This document shows positions 11,689-20,949 of a stretch of DNA of 25,000 bases, one piece after another. The notes under the pieces were generated by a model. That model was not told where the DNA came from. It searched no databases and was given only the letters and a program-made list of their open reading frames with translations. This DNA is from Takakia lepidozioides (lineage: Eukaryota; Plantae; Bryophyta). The translations under genes were made by a program, and so were the position numbers. Each line of letters opens with the position of its first letter. The stretch's first letter is position 1. Where the stretch lies: NCBI GenBank assembly GCA_030704615.1, contig JAKLZA010000097.1, positions 1-25,000 on the forward strand. The letters are read 5' to 3'.

Positions 11689-12360
11689 TGTCCGGCGCTT
11701 GTACAAAATGCGTAGTGGAATTGGCTGGCGATAATATGAGATTTTGAATGGGTATTGGGCGAATGAACCTAAAACCTAGTAGACTTGTTGAGGCGAATAA
11801 CCCAGAATTGACATAGCAAATTGGAGGGTTTAGGCATCATTGGAGACTAGGCAGAAATTATGCCAAACACCACCAAAAAAATTTAAACCACCATTCATGC
11901 TTATATTGCATTTCAGTCAATCTACACTAAGTGGCATATTTGAACCCTGGCCCAAAAAGACCCTGCCTAATGCTACATGGCACATAGATAAGAAGTATCA
12001 ATGTTTGCAAGGCTCTTGGAAATACAAATAAAAGTACCAAGTAACTTGGCTCACAAAGCTTGTAAACAGTAATGAAGATTATATGTCACTATGTTTAGTT
12101 TTGTGTTTTATGGGAGGAAAAAAATGAAAGAAGGAAGATGTGTGTTTTAGGTTTTTTTTTTTTTAGGTCCTAAACTTGCTGACATGTGTCCTTTCATCCC
12201 AAAAACAATGAATAAATGACATTCTCATTCCGTTTTTGTAACCCTATGCCACCCTTTTGATTATCCTCCTCCTCTGCAGTCACCCTTTTGCCCTCCTCCG
12301 CGGCCACCTTTTTCATATTTAGGAACTTTATCATCCAAACCAGGTTGCTATAAAAAAAAA

Positions 12361-12434
12361 CGTTGAGATGTTAGGAATTGGACACCAAGTCGTTTGGCTA
12401 GGAAGGGAGATCTCTACCACTAAGCTACCCATGC
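12361..12434 (-). pseudogene. tRNA-Gly(TCC)-like pseudo-tRNA / Pol III cassette inside hAT element B
   Basis: Minus strand reads GCATGGGTAGCTTAGTGGTAGAGATCTCCCTTCCTAGCCAAACGACTTGGTGTCCAATTCCTAACATCTCAACG followed by T9. It has a consensus A-box TAGCTTAGTGG, an anticodon-loop-like CTTCCTA and a degenerate B-box GTCCAATTCC at tRNA spacing. The acceptor and anticodon stems do not pair. Confidence 0.65.
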
Positions 12435-12919
12435 ACATGTTATAAACATATCACTACAAAGTCTATCTATACAGACTATACTATACTTACCAATATATAT
12501 ACATATATATGTAAAAAAATGGGCAACATAGCTGGCTCCACGTCCGCGCACTCGGAATGCGGCGATGTCTTGCACCTGGTCGGTGGGATCTGGCTCCTAT
12601 GCTGTAAACTGTCTTCACTCAATATGGCGCCATGTGCCTCCCTGTGGCGGCCCCTCTAGCGAATGGTGGGCCCAACAGATAAGCTTTTGGCAAAAAGTGA
12701 TGATTTTTCAGCCTCATTTCCCTTTATCCCTGTCGCCAAGACCCGCGCGAGGTCGAAATCTGGCGATTATTCGCCACTAAAAGAATGGCTGCTACCAATT
12801 CGAGGAAAATTACCTAGAGTGGGCCACGTCACTACCCTACACCCAATAAGATAGCCACTCGAATCCCTTTTCAAAATCCTTAAGAAAAACACTTCTTGTG
12901 AACCGCCCACGGGCTGGGG

Positions 12920-13063
12920 CACCTTCTTTATGGCAACCCAAGGTAACTCCTTGGCTGGTGCCTTGAATGGCCTGTGAATTTTGTGTGGCCTCATCACCTT
13001 CTTTATGGCAACCCAAGTTGACTCCTTGGCTGGTGCTTTGAATGGCCTCTGAATTTTGTTGGC
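12920..13063 (+). repeat. Imperfect 75-bp tandem duplication
   Basis: CACCTTCTTTATGGCAACCCAAG...TGAATGGCCT(G/C)TGAATTTTGT starting at 12920 and 12995. Confidence 0.9.
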
Positions 13064-13289
13064 TTTGTCCTAATGAGGCCGCACGGTGCAGAGGGGACAG
13101 GGACCTGACAGCACGAGGGATGAAAAAACCTAGGGGAAGAAAACCTTGCCCTTCAAGCTGGGCCAAGGACAAAACATCCCCTAGGAAAAACCCCAAGTGC
13201 TACAAGTGGTGTAGAAAACTAGCACGAAATGCAAAAACTACTCTAGAGTGGAAGAAACCATGGCCTGATCACGAGCTCTTTGAGCTGTA

Positions 13290-14439
13290 GGGGTGAAAAT
13301 CACTTGGCGGTTCTCAACATTCAAACATGTTAGATCAAAAGTGAGCGTGCATGGAACAAGTAAGGAAACATGAACAGGGCTAGCAAGGTAAGGAGTGGAA
13401 GAATGTTGGGGAAGCAACACATACTGCCTACCAAGAAGAATTTCAGAAATCAGGTAAGGTCCATCAATCCTCCGCTTGGCCTTAGATACCTGCTTACCAG
13501 GCTAGAGCCTTACACACACAGACTGCCCTACCTTTAAAGACTCAGAATACACAACCCGCCGGTTATAAATCTTGGCCTGAGAAGCCTGAGCAAAAACAAT
13601 GTTAGACTTGGCTGTTTCACGCAAACGATGACGCTTAGCATCCATGGAAAGCAAAAATGCTCCCCAATTTTCAAGTTCGGTAGTTGAGACCTGTAGCCAG
13701 GAAACATGCAAATGAATTCTACATTTCCTACCATACAAAAGTTCAAAAGACGAGATCTTGGTACTGGAATGGATAGAAGTCCGATAGGCAAAGAGCAGAA
13801 TAGGCACAATTCATCAATGAGAGATCCATTCTTGTCTAGCATCTGGCACATAGTTTTGTTAAAGCGTTCTGTCAAACCATTGCATTGGGGATTATAAGGA
13901 GCAATAACAGCATGCTTAGTGTTGAGATTAAACAAGACAATCTCCATAAGTTGGTTGCAGAACTCGGTACCTTGATCTGTGAGGATCTCAAGAGGGCAAC
14001 CATGTCGAAGGATCACCTTATCAAAGAAGAACTGTACCACCTCATCACTATCCTTACCAACCAGAGGTCGGAGCTCAACCCATTTCGTCTGGTAATCCAT
14101 AGCAACAGCAAGGTATGCATGGCCCTTGGACGTGGATTTAAGAGGCCCAACAAGATCTAAACCAACCCTGGCTAATGGGTCAGTCACGGGGATTGGCTAC
14201 AAAGGTAAGGTTGTTTCGTTCCTAGGTAGGATGGTCTTGGCATGATAGGGTACACACTTTGCAATGAAAGTTGAAACATCTTTAATTAAGCCTTTCCAGT
14301 GATACTGCTCCTACAGTCGTCTGACAGTTTTTGTGACCCCCAAATGGCCAGCATAAGTAGAAGCATGGTACAATTCTAGCAAAGTAGGGACAGCGGACCT
14401 AGAAGGGACTTCCACAGCATGGATACATTCCAAAGCAGT
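13290..14439 (-). mobile_element. Ty3/Gypsy integrase pseudogene (Zn-binding, rve core, GPY region)
   Basis: YHASTYAGHLGVTKT (HHCC region), VGLDLVGPL, ILTDQGTEF, YNPQCNGLTERFNKT, FAYRTSIHSST, GPY. In-frame TAG stops at 14311-14313 and 14197-14199, and a frameshift near 13810. Confidence 0.95.
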
Positions 14440-14605
14440 TGTCAAAGACAAGAACATGACTGAACATAAACAAGAGATCAGACTAGAGGTACAAGACTAA
14501 ACAAGAAATCAAGGTCGGCGTGGCCGAATGCATAATGAGTAAATAGGAATCAAAGACGATCTTTATAACAATGAACAAGAGTACAAGATATTGGAACATA
14601 ACTGA

Positions 14606-14712
14606 ATACTGGAATGTTGGAAACTGGACTGGAGTACCAGATACTGGAAACTGGGCTAGAGTACTGGGAACTGGACTGGAGTACTGGGAACTGGACTGGT
14701 GTACTGGAAACA
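14606..14712 (+). repeat. ACTGG-based degenerate minisatellite within the solo LTR
   Basis: Repeated ACTGG(A/G)AACTGGACTGGAGT units. Confidence 0.8.
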
Positions 14713-14949
14713 GGAAACAAGAGTAGCTTGAATTGGTGTTGGCGAGACTGAAGAGTGTCCAGTCTCACGTCCTATATATACTGGCTACTAAGAAGCTTCC
14801 CTAAGAAGCTTCCCATATGGAGGTTTCTTGCTGGAGAAGTTTCCAAGATTAAACAAAGATTTCTTGATGGAGAAGCTTTCTTAAACAAAGGAGGTATCTT
14901 GATGGAGAAGTTTCCTCCAAAAGAAGCTTCCTAAGCAGTTTCCCAAGTT

Positions 14950-15078
14950 ACTCTTGGTAATTTGGTAAACTCCCGGTAACTTGGTAAATCATCGTAAATC
15001 ATGGTAGATTATGGTAAATCATGGTAAGTCATGGTAATTTTTGGTAACTTGGTAACTTCTGGTATTTACTCGTGGTAA
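14950..15078 (+). repeat. GGTAA-based 9-10 bp degenerate repeats within the solo LTR (U3-like)
   Basis: Repeated TGGTAAATCA / TGGTAACT units. Confidence 0.8.
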
Positions 15079-15103
15079 GTTCCTCTGGTCTATGTCCGTG
15101 ACA

Positions 15104-16285
15104 GCAGTGACTCTGAACAATCTCCCTTCACTTTCCCGGTGGCTGGGTAAGTAATAGTTGACTTGACTCATGAGCAGCTTGGATATGTCACTAAGGTGGA
15201 TGCCGGTTTTGCACCTGTAGAGAAGAGCATCGTACAATGGATCATCCATGCCTACATCACTCGTGGCCACACAGCAGGAGGTTAATGCAGGTGAGAAGGA
15301 AGTGTCCGCCCCCGTTGTCTTCCTCTCAGAAATCCCGACTTTATTTTTCCAAATGGCTGCCTATGAGGAAGCAAGCAGGCTATAGAGGGCAGCTCATTCC
15401 CTGGTCTGGAAACAAACTAGTGTCAATGTCAGGAAAGATGAACAGTCCGAAGGTAAGGGAGAGAACTAGAGCCTTCTACGAATTGTCAGCCTTGAATTCA
15501 CACCAGAACCAAGCAGTAAGACTCAACCAACATCAAACTGTAGCAAATCCCAAGTATCAAGCATATCTGGAGGGACATAAGGATAGTCCAACAGATGACA
15601 CAAGGCAAAATGATCTTAAACAGGCATATCAGATGACACAGGCGAGAAAAGGGCGAGAAGCATAGGCAATTGCATGCTCCTTGTCATCATGAATCTGGCT
15701 CAACACTGCAGAAATAGCCAAGTCACTGGCATCAGTCTGCAGGAGAAATGGTAAGGTGAAATCAGGGTAAGCAAACACAGGAGTCGAGGTCAATGCAATT
15801 TTGAGTTTCTCAAAGGCAGAAGTCTCAGCAGTGCCCCACACGAAGCAAACATCTTTGGATAGCAATCTAGTGAGCGGAGCAGCAAGCTTGGCAAATTGAA
15901 AAATGAAACGATGATAATATGATCCCAGGCCCAGAAAGGCTTGACACACATTTTGTCTCTAGGGTAGGATAGTCCCAAACAGCCTGTATTTTACTCGAGT
16001 CGGGACTGATGCCAACAACAGAAAGCAGATGTCCCAAGAAATGGAGTTGTTCCATACAAAAGTCACATTTCTTAGTTTTGACCTTGAGGCCTACAGCACG
16101 TAGCTTGCACATGCCCGCTGTAAGTCCAACAGATGAGCATCAAACGTTGTAGAATAAATTTTTATGTCATCTATGTAAACCAAAGCGCATTCCCTACGAA
16201 GGTTGCCTAAGACGACGTCCATGAGCCGCTGGAAAGTGGCAGTGGCATTGTAAGGGCATTGTTTCAAACTAGAAATCACCAAGGT
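15104..16285 (-). mobile_element. Ty3/Gypsy reverse transcriptase (C-half), partial RNase H and linker pseudogene
   Basis: NATATFQRLMD, LVYIDDI, KCDF...FLGH, FLGLGSYYHRFI, LQTDASDLAISAVLSQ, IAYASR; several frameshifts; RT-RH-IN order is that of Gypsy. Confidence 0.95.
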
Positions 16286-16289
16286 CGAC

Positions 16290-18277
16290 AATTTTACCCT
16301 CTTCGATTTTTTGGGCAAAACGATGTCATTGGTTCGTGCATCCTCCTCTTCATTCCACATCCGAGGGGCTTCCTCATCCACCCTTGCCATGTCTCCGTTC
16401 AATAGAACATAGCTTCTTGCAACGTATACCCCTCCGCCATGCTACCCTCTGGGTGCGCAATTTGTCTTACAAATCCTTTCAAAGTCTTCATATAACGCTC
16501 AAGGAAGTACATCCACCGAGAATGAACGGGGCCGACAATCGAAGCCTCTTCCACTAAGTGCACTACCAAGTGCACTTGGATGTCAAAGAAGGAGGGAGGA
16601 AGGTGCATCTCCAACATACACATTACCTCCGCCGCCTCCTTCTTCATGCGTGGAAAATCCGCTTCTTCGAGCAAATCCACCGGAACAAGCCTCCCAATCT
16701 ATAGATTGTCTCACGAACCTCAGGAGTCAATGTCCCACGTACTGCAATGGGCAAGATGTCTTGCAATAGATTGTGGTAGTCATGAGACTTCAAACCATGG
16801 ACCCCGTCTTCTTCGCTGAACTTCGTACGGAGGGATGACCCATAACCAGTTGGTGTTCGGACAGCACTTATGGTGGCTATTACTTTCTTGTATTCTTTCT
16901 TTATCCATTGCCAAGGTGCGCGCATATACTTCCACCGTACAACACCCTTTGGGTCCACACCATTTTGTTCGGCCCATAGATGACGCATGCGACCCTGCTC
17001 CTCAAGCTCTTTTTTAACACCGAGAGAATCTCCTTTTGCAGCCACTCTCTTCTTTGCCGGCGTGCCATGAAGAACCCAAAAAAGGGAGGAGCAGACAATC
17101 TTCTCAATATGCATGGGATCTAGAAGATGGCGAATCTTCAAGTCCTACATATATCCCCACCCACAAAGACTTACACAAATATTTTTACGTGAAAGTGACA
17201 ATGCAACGCATACCAAATGTGCAATATCACATGCATGCATAGGGATATTGACGGTGTTTTTGTGGAATATATACCGCCCAATATGACAACTCGTAGAAGA
17301 TTGAAAGTCGTTTCATGCCGGGCACGTCCACTTCACCGTCCGTGCCCGCATGGGCCTCCTTCCATCGGTCCTCCCAAAACTGCCCGGACGGTGTCATGGG
17401 GAGGGGACGTACTTCCTCTTTGTCATCAAACAAGTGTTTCTCTCTTCTTCTCCATCGTGGCTCATAGGAAGAAATTTGCGGTAGTTGGGATACACCATCT
17501 TGTGAAGATGGCGGGAGCTATGTGCATCAAGATCATCGCCACAATGCAAGCATGCATAGTACCCTTTGGTGCTTAGCCCCGAGCAAACAGTTAGTCATAT
17601 ACTACACATCCCGCCACATTAGCAAAAACAAAAAATTGTCATGTGCATGGCCCATAATGTCATCTACCCCACTACGGTGCACAAAACTGTCGCCGCTACT
17701 TCAATCGCAATCCTCATCGATATTATCCGGCATTGACAAGTGAATATATGCGGGTTGTTCATGGGGAACATAATATACCTGGATATCATGCATTGTCCAA
17801 AGCAAGATGCATTTCATCTGAAAAGATTGTCCGGTCATAGGGTCAAGTGAAGCATCCAATGCTGGGATCCCCCTCCATATCTCCTTAAGTTCATCAACAA
17901 GAGGTCGCAAGTACGTGTCCATGTTTGCCACTTGTTTTTTCCCTATGAGACATTCACATCATTGTTTCAATGCTCCACCAATATGCAAATTATACTACAA
18001 AATGAATTACACGTCTTACTCCATGATTATGTCAGTCATCAATCTTGCATCCGAATTGCGTCAGAGATCAGAAGTTTAATGTAAAGTCTAAGGCAATAAT
18101 AAACATGAAATGAGTACACTCACTTGGCACAATGGCAGCCAACATGATATGGCCTTTTTTAATTGAAAGATACGGAGGGATGTTGTAATTCACCATGGTC
18201 ACTAGCCAAGTGGAATGACTACATGACTGGACAGAGAATGGGTTGACCCCATCCGAGGAGAAGCCGAGGTGGACATT
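16290..18277 (-). mobile_element. CACTA/En-Spm TnpD transposase fragment (Transposase_21 and DUF4218 regions), spliced pseudogene without termini
   Basis: NVHLGFSSDGVNPF, STWLVTMVNYNIPP, MDTYLRPLVDELKEIW, LLWTMHD, STKGYYAC, SIFYELSYWA|DLKIRHLLDPMHIEK, GLKSHDYH, PPSFFDIQVHLVVHL, RWMYFLERYMKTLK, PEGSMAEGY. Introns at 17943-18123, ~17579-17778 and 17145-17274. Confidence 0.95.
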
Positions 18278-20925
18278 ATTCTTTCATGACAACGACCCTA
18301 GAGGTCATGTCTTTGTCTTGACATGACAAATTAAAGTATCTTCCCTCTCTCTTGTCCAGTATGCTTAGTGGTTTCTGCATACAGTATCCATTGACTATCA
18401 TGCTGAACTTCCAGCATACCATGTAATGTGGTTTGCATCCAAGAGAACACACTAACATTCCTCTTTTGCAGAAGTCCATCATGACCAACTTGGAGTGGAT
18501 TGACGAGATGCAGAATTTGGGATATCAGTACCCACTGCCCACTACGATCCCTGCAATTCAGGCAGTGTTGGAGCATACAATGCTACCAGATTCCCAAGAT
18601 ACTAACCAAGTACTTGAGACAAGACCCCCTGAACCAGGTGCTACTTTTTCAGAGTGGGTTAAGCGGTCACGCTTTGGAACAGAAACTGAAAAGTACATAA
18701 TAAAGCCCAACGCTTTGTTTGGCCTTGATTCTTAACCCTTCAAGGACGAGGCGACCCGTATCGGGTCGGGTCGAAATTTTGATTGGATGATAAATGCGCA
18801 GATCATGTCGGATGAAAACGATTCATGAACGAAAAGTGTAGCCCATAAATATTTACAGCCCCTTGTGTTGATCGCACCCTAAAAAATCTAATCCCCCGCC
18901 GTCAGGATTTTTTGGAATTTGGAGGGGTACCCAAAATCCTGTGGTTTTGGGCCCGTCAGCAGGTTGACTGGCAGGATTGGGGGGGGGGGGGGGGGCGTTT
19001 GCCGACAGTGGGTGACAGCGGGGGGTTGCATGTCCGCCCGTGCGGACAACGGCGGACCCCCGGCACGCGCGAAACGCCAGGCACGTGGCCCAATCAGGTG
19101 GCAGGTGGCGGGGGCGGGAGATTCTCACCCGTGTAGGGTTTAGGTGCGTGGCCCAATCAGGTGGCCGTTGGCAGGTCATGGAGGGAGAGCGCTGAAACGC
19201 AGGGTGGAGGGCCCCGTGACTTCCTTGGTTTGTGATGACGTGGCCGGTTTTTTGGCCGGTAATGTCCACCGGCTCCGGCAATTCTTGGCTGGAGCTGGGA
19301 TTCAAGTAGGGATTCGGTTTTTTGGCAATCTTTGCCTACAAACAGCTTAGAATGTGGAATTTTTTTTCCAGGGTACTCGGTAGGTAGGCAAACAACAACA
19401 TGACTAGAGGAATTTGGATTCCCTCACAAATTGCCCCACATTTGGGGGGATGTGTTTTTCCCATGAGAGAAATTGGCATTTTGAACCCCCTGTTTTCCCA
19501 TACAAAGCAACCATTATGCATTTTTGGAATTTGGCTCTGGAATTTTGGGAGGCTTTGCTGTGGGTGCCATATAATCTGAATCTGGGTAGGTTGTATCAAT
19601 GAAAAATAAAAAAGGTTGGCAATCTGCTTGGTCAAACCAAATTTTCATGTTGAAAATATATCCAACAAAAAAAAAAAGCCTAGAATTTTTGTTATAATCT
19701 TCCACTTTAGACGGTCAATTCTCCTGAAATTTTTACTTCAGGTGCATGAAGTAGGTAGGATGACTTTGGAACGGTTCATCCCCTCGGATGTTTGTCCAAT
19801 GGGAGATACACCCTCATCCGTGAGGGTATGTCTGGTTTTAGACGGGGCCCACCAAAAACAGGCTCGTCCTTGAAGGGTTAAAGAGAATGCCATGATTTTT
19901 TTTCAAAAAAAACCGTTTCGGAGTGTGGAAAATTCCAGCCATACGGACATTGTTGGCAGACTTGGCTCGCACCGAACCAAGCACATAACAGGGTATTTAA
20001 CCCTTGTTAGACAATTCTCTAAGCAATTTGCTGCTGATACATAATCTTTTCCTTGAATGCAGATCTAGTTGTGATGGAGGAACAAAAAACCAGAGTAATT
20101 GATCACCATGCACATGGTAGAAGGTTTCTCACACACACTAAAAAACCTGCTCCCTTGGGATATGTTCATATGCTCTATCCCAACAAAGGAATGGAATGGG
20201 TCAATGCCAAAGGTCTCATCAAAGAAGCTTTGGAATTTTTTGAACAGCCTGGTTTATGTCTATTGCTTGATGATGTTGTGTTTGGATGGACATATCACAA
20301 GCAGTGCAATCTGGAATACCAACCTGCTTCTGTCTTCCGTAACTTCAGCTTCTCACATGATTTGACACCCAATCATCCATGTCTATGTGAGAGCACCAAT
20401 AGATTTAAAAAGTTTTGCGACAGTGATACACTGGCAGAATTCCACATGCCTGGTGACTCACACTCAACATATACGGACAATGGACCTCACCATTATCCGA
20501 TACCATGGTTTGAGGAAGCTATTTGGGCTAGGTATGAATCATATCCATTTGAGAAAAACTCTGCTGAAAGAGGTAGTAGAGGAGGTATCTCTAGCTTTTT
20601 GGAAAACATGTGAAATATTGGATGTATAAGAATCTGATCCCTGGGTATCTGAATGCCATGAATGGCTCAAACAAACCTGCTGGGACAGATTAAAGAAAAA
20701 AACATACAAGGGAATTTTCTCACAACACAAGAAGAATCCCCTTGAGATGGCGGATGCCCAAGACGAACTAGCTTGGCTTTGAAGTCTGTATATGTCAGGC
20801 TTGGACAAAGCTAACAATAATGTTTGTTTCATGTGTGTGAAGCATATCAGAACACAAGCCTTTCACATGCTGATGGGTAAGGACTTTAAGCCATGCATCC
20901 AAAATGAGGTATGGAAGATTCACTG
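18278..20925 (+). mobile_element. Decayed Penelope-like retroelement fragment (Naiad/Chlamys-like pre-RT region), interrupted by the piggyBac-like MITE
   Basis: CLC...HIRTMDLTIIRYHGLRKLFGLGMNH (from 20468) and GLDKANNNVCFMCVKH (~20798-20845) match the remembered HxxTGDLxII...LRxLxxKG and DKAxNN..C motifs N-terminal to the RT of this clade. The RT core is absent; stops and a frameshift are present. Confidence 0.6.
18736..19877. mobile_element. piggyBac-like non-autonomous element (1142 bp)
   Basis: Perfect 15-bp TIR CCCTTCAAGGACGAG (18736-18750 / 19863-19877), flanked on both sides by TTAA (18732-18735, 19878-19881). No transposase ORF recognisable. Confidence 0.88.
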
Positions 20926-20949
20926 TCTCATTTGTCTGTTTTTTTGCTG

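Larger units (their letters stand above)
11594..12791. mobile_element. Non-autonomous hAT-like element B (1198 bp), nested in A in the opposite orientation
   Basis: Perfect 8-bp TSD CTACCAAT (11586-11593 and 12792-12799). TIRs CAGCGTTTCTTTTA / CAGCCATTCTTTTA. Its right ~110 bp are colinear with the left end of A. Confidence 0.85.
11007..12894. mobile_element. Non-autonomous hAT-like element A (outer; ~680 bp after removing nested element B)
   Basis: Ends are CAGCGTTTTTTTTATTGG and, as reverse complement, AAGTGTTTTTCTTAAGG. Flanks CTTGTAAA (10999-11006) and CTTGTGAA (12895-12902) form an 8-bp TSD with 1 mismatch. Subterminal GGCGA/TCGCC motifs are present. Confidence 0.75.
14440..15103 (-). 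mobile_element. Solo LTR (664 bp) inserted into the Gypsy pol
   Basis: TG...CA ends with imperfect inverted termini TGTCAAAGACA / TGTCACGGACA. 5-bp TSD GCAGT (14435-14439 and 15104-15108). A TATA-like TATATATAG on the minus strand near 14772-14780 suggests the orientation. Confidence 0.9.

Noticed and set aside
12361-12434. Functional tRNA-Gly gene
   Set aside because: Acceptor and anticodon stems do not pair and the T-loop is mutated.
15237-15665. 142-aa plus-strand ORF
   Set aside because: Antisense to the Gypsy pol linker; no recognisable motif.
16091-16402. Single ORF joining CACTA-derived and RT sequence as a chimeric gene
   Set aside because: Chance read-through across a deletion junction; both parts are frameshifted pseudogenes.
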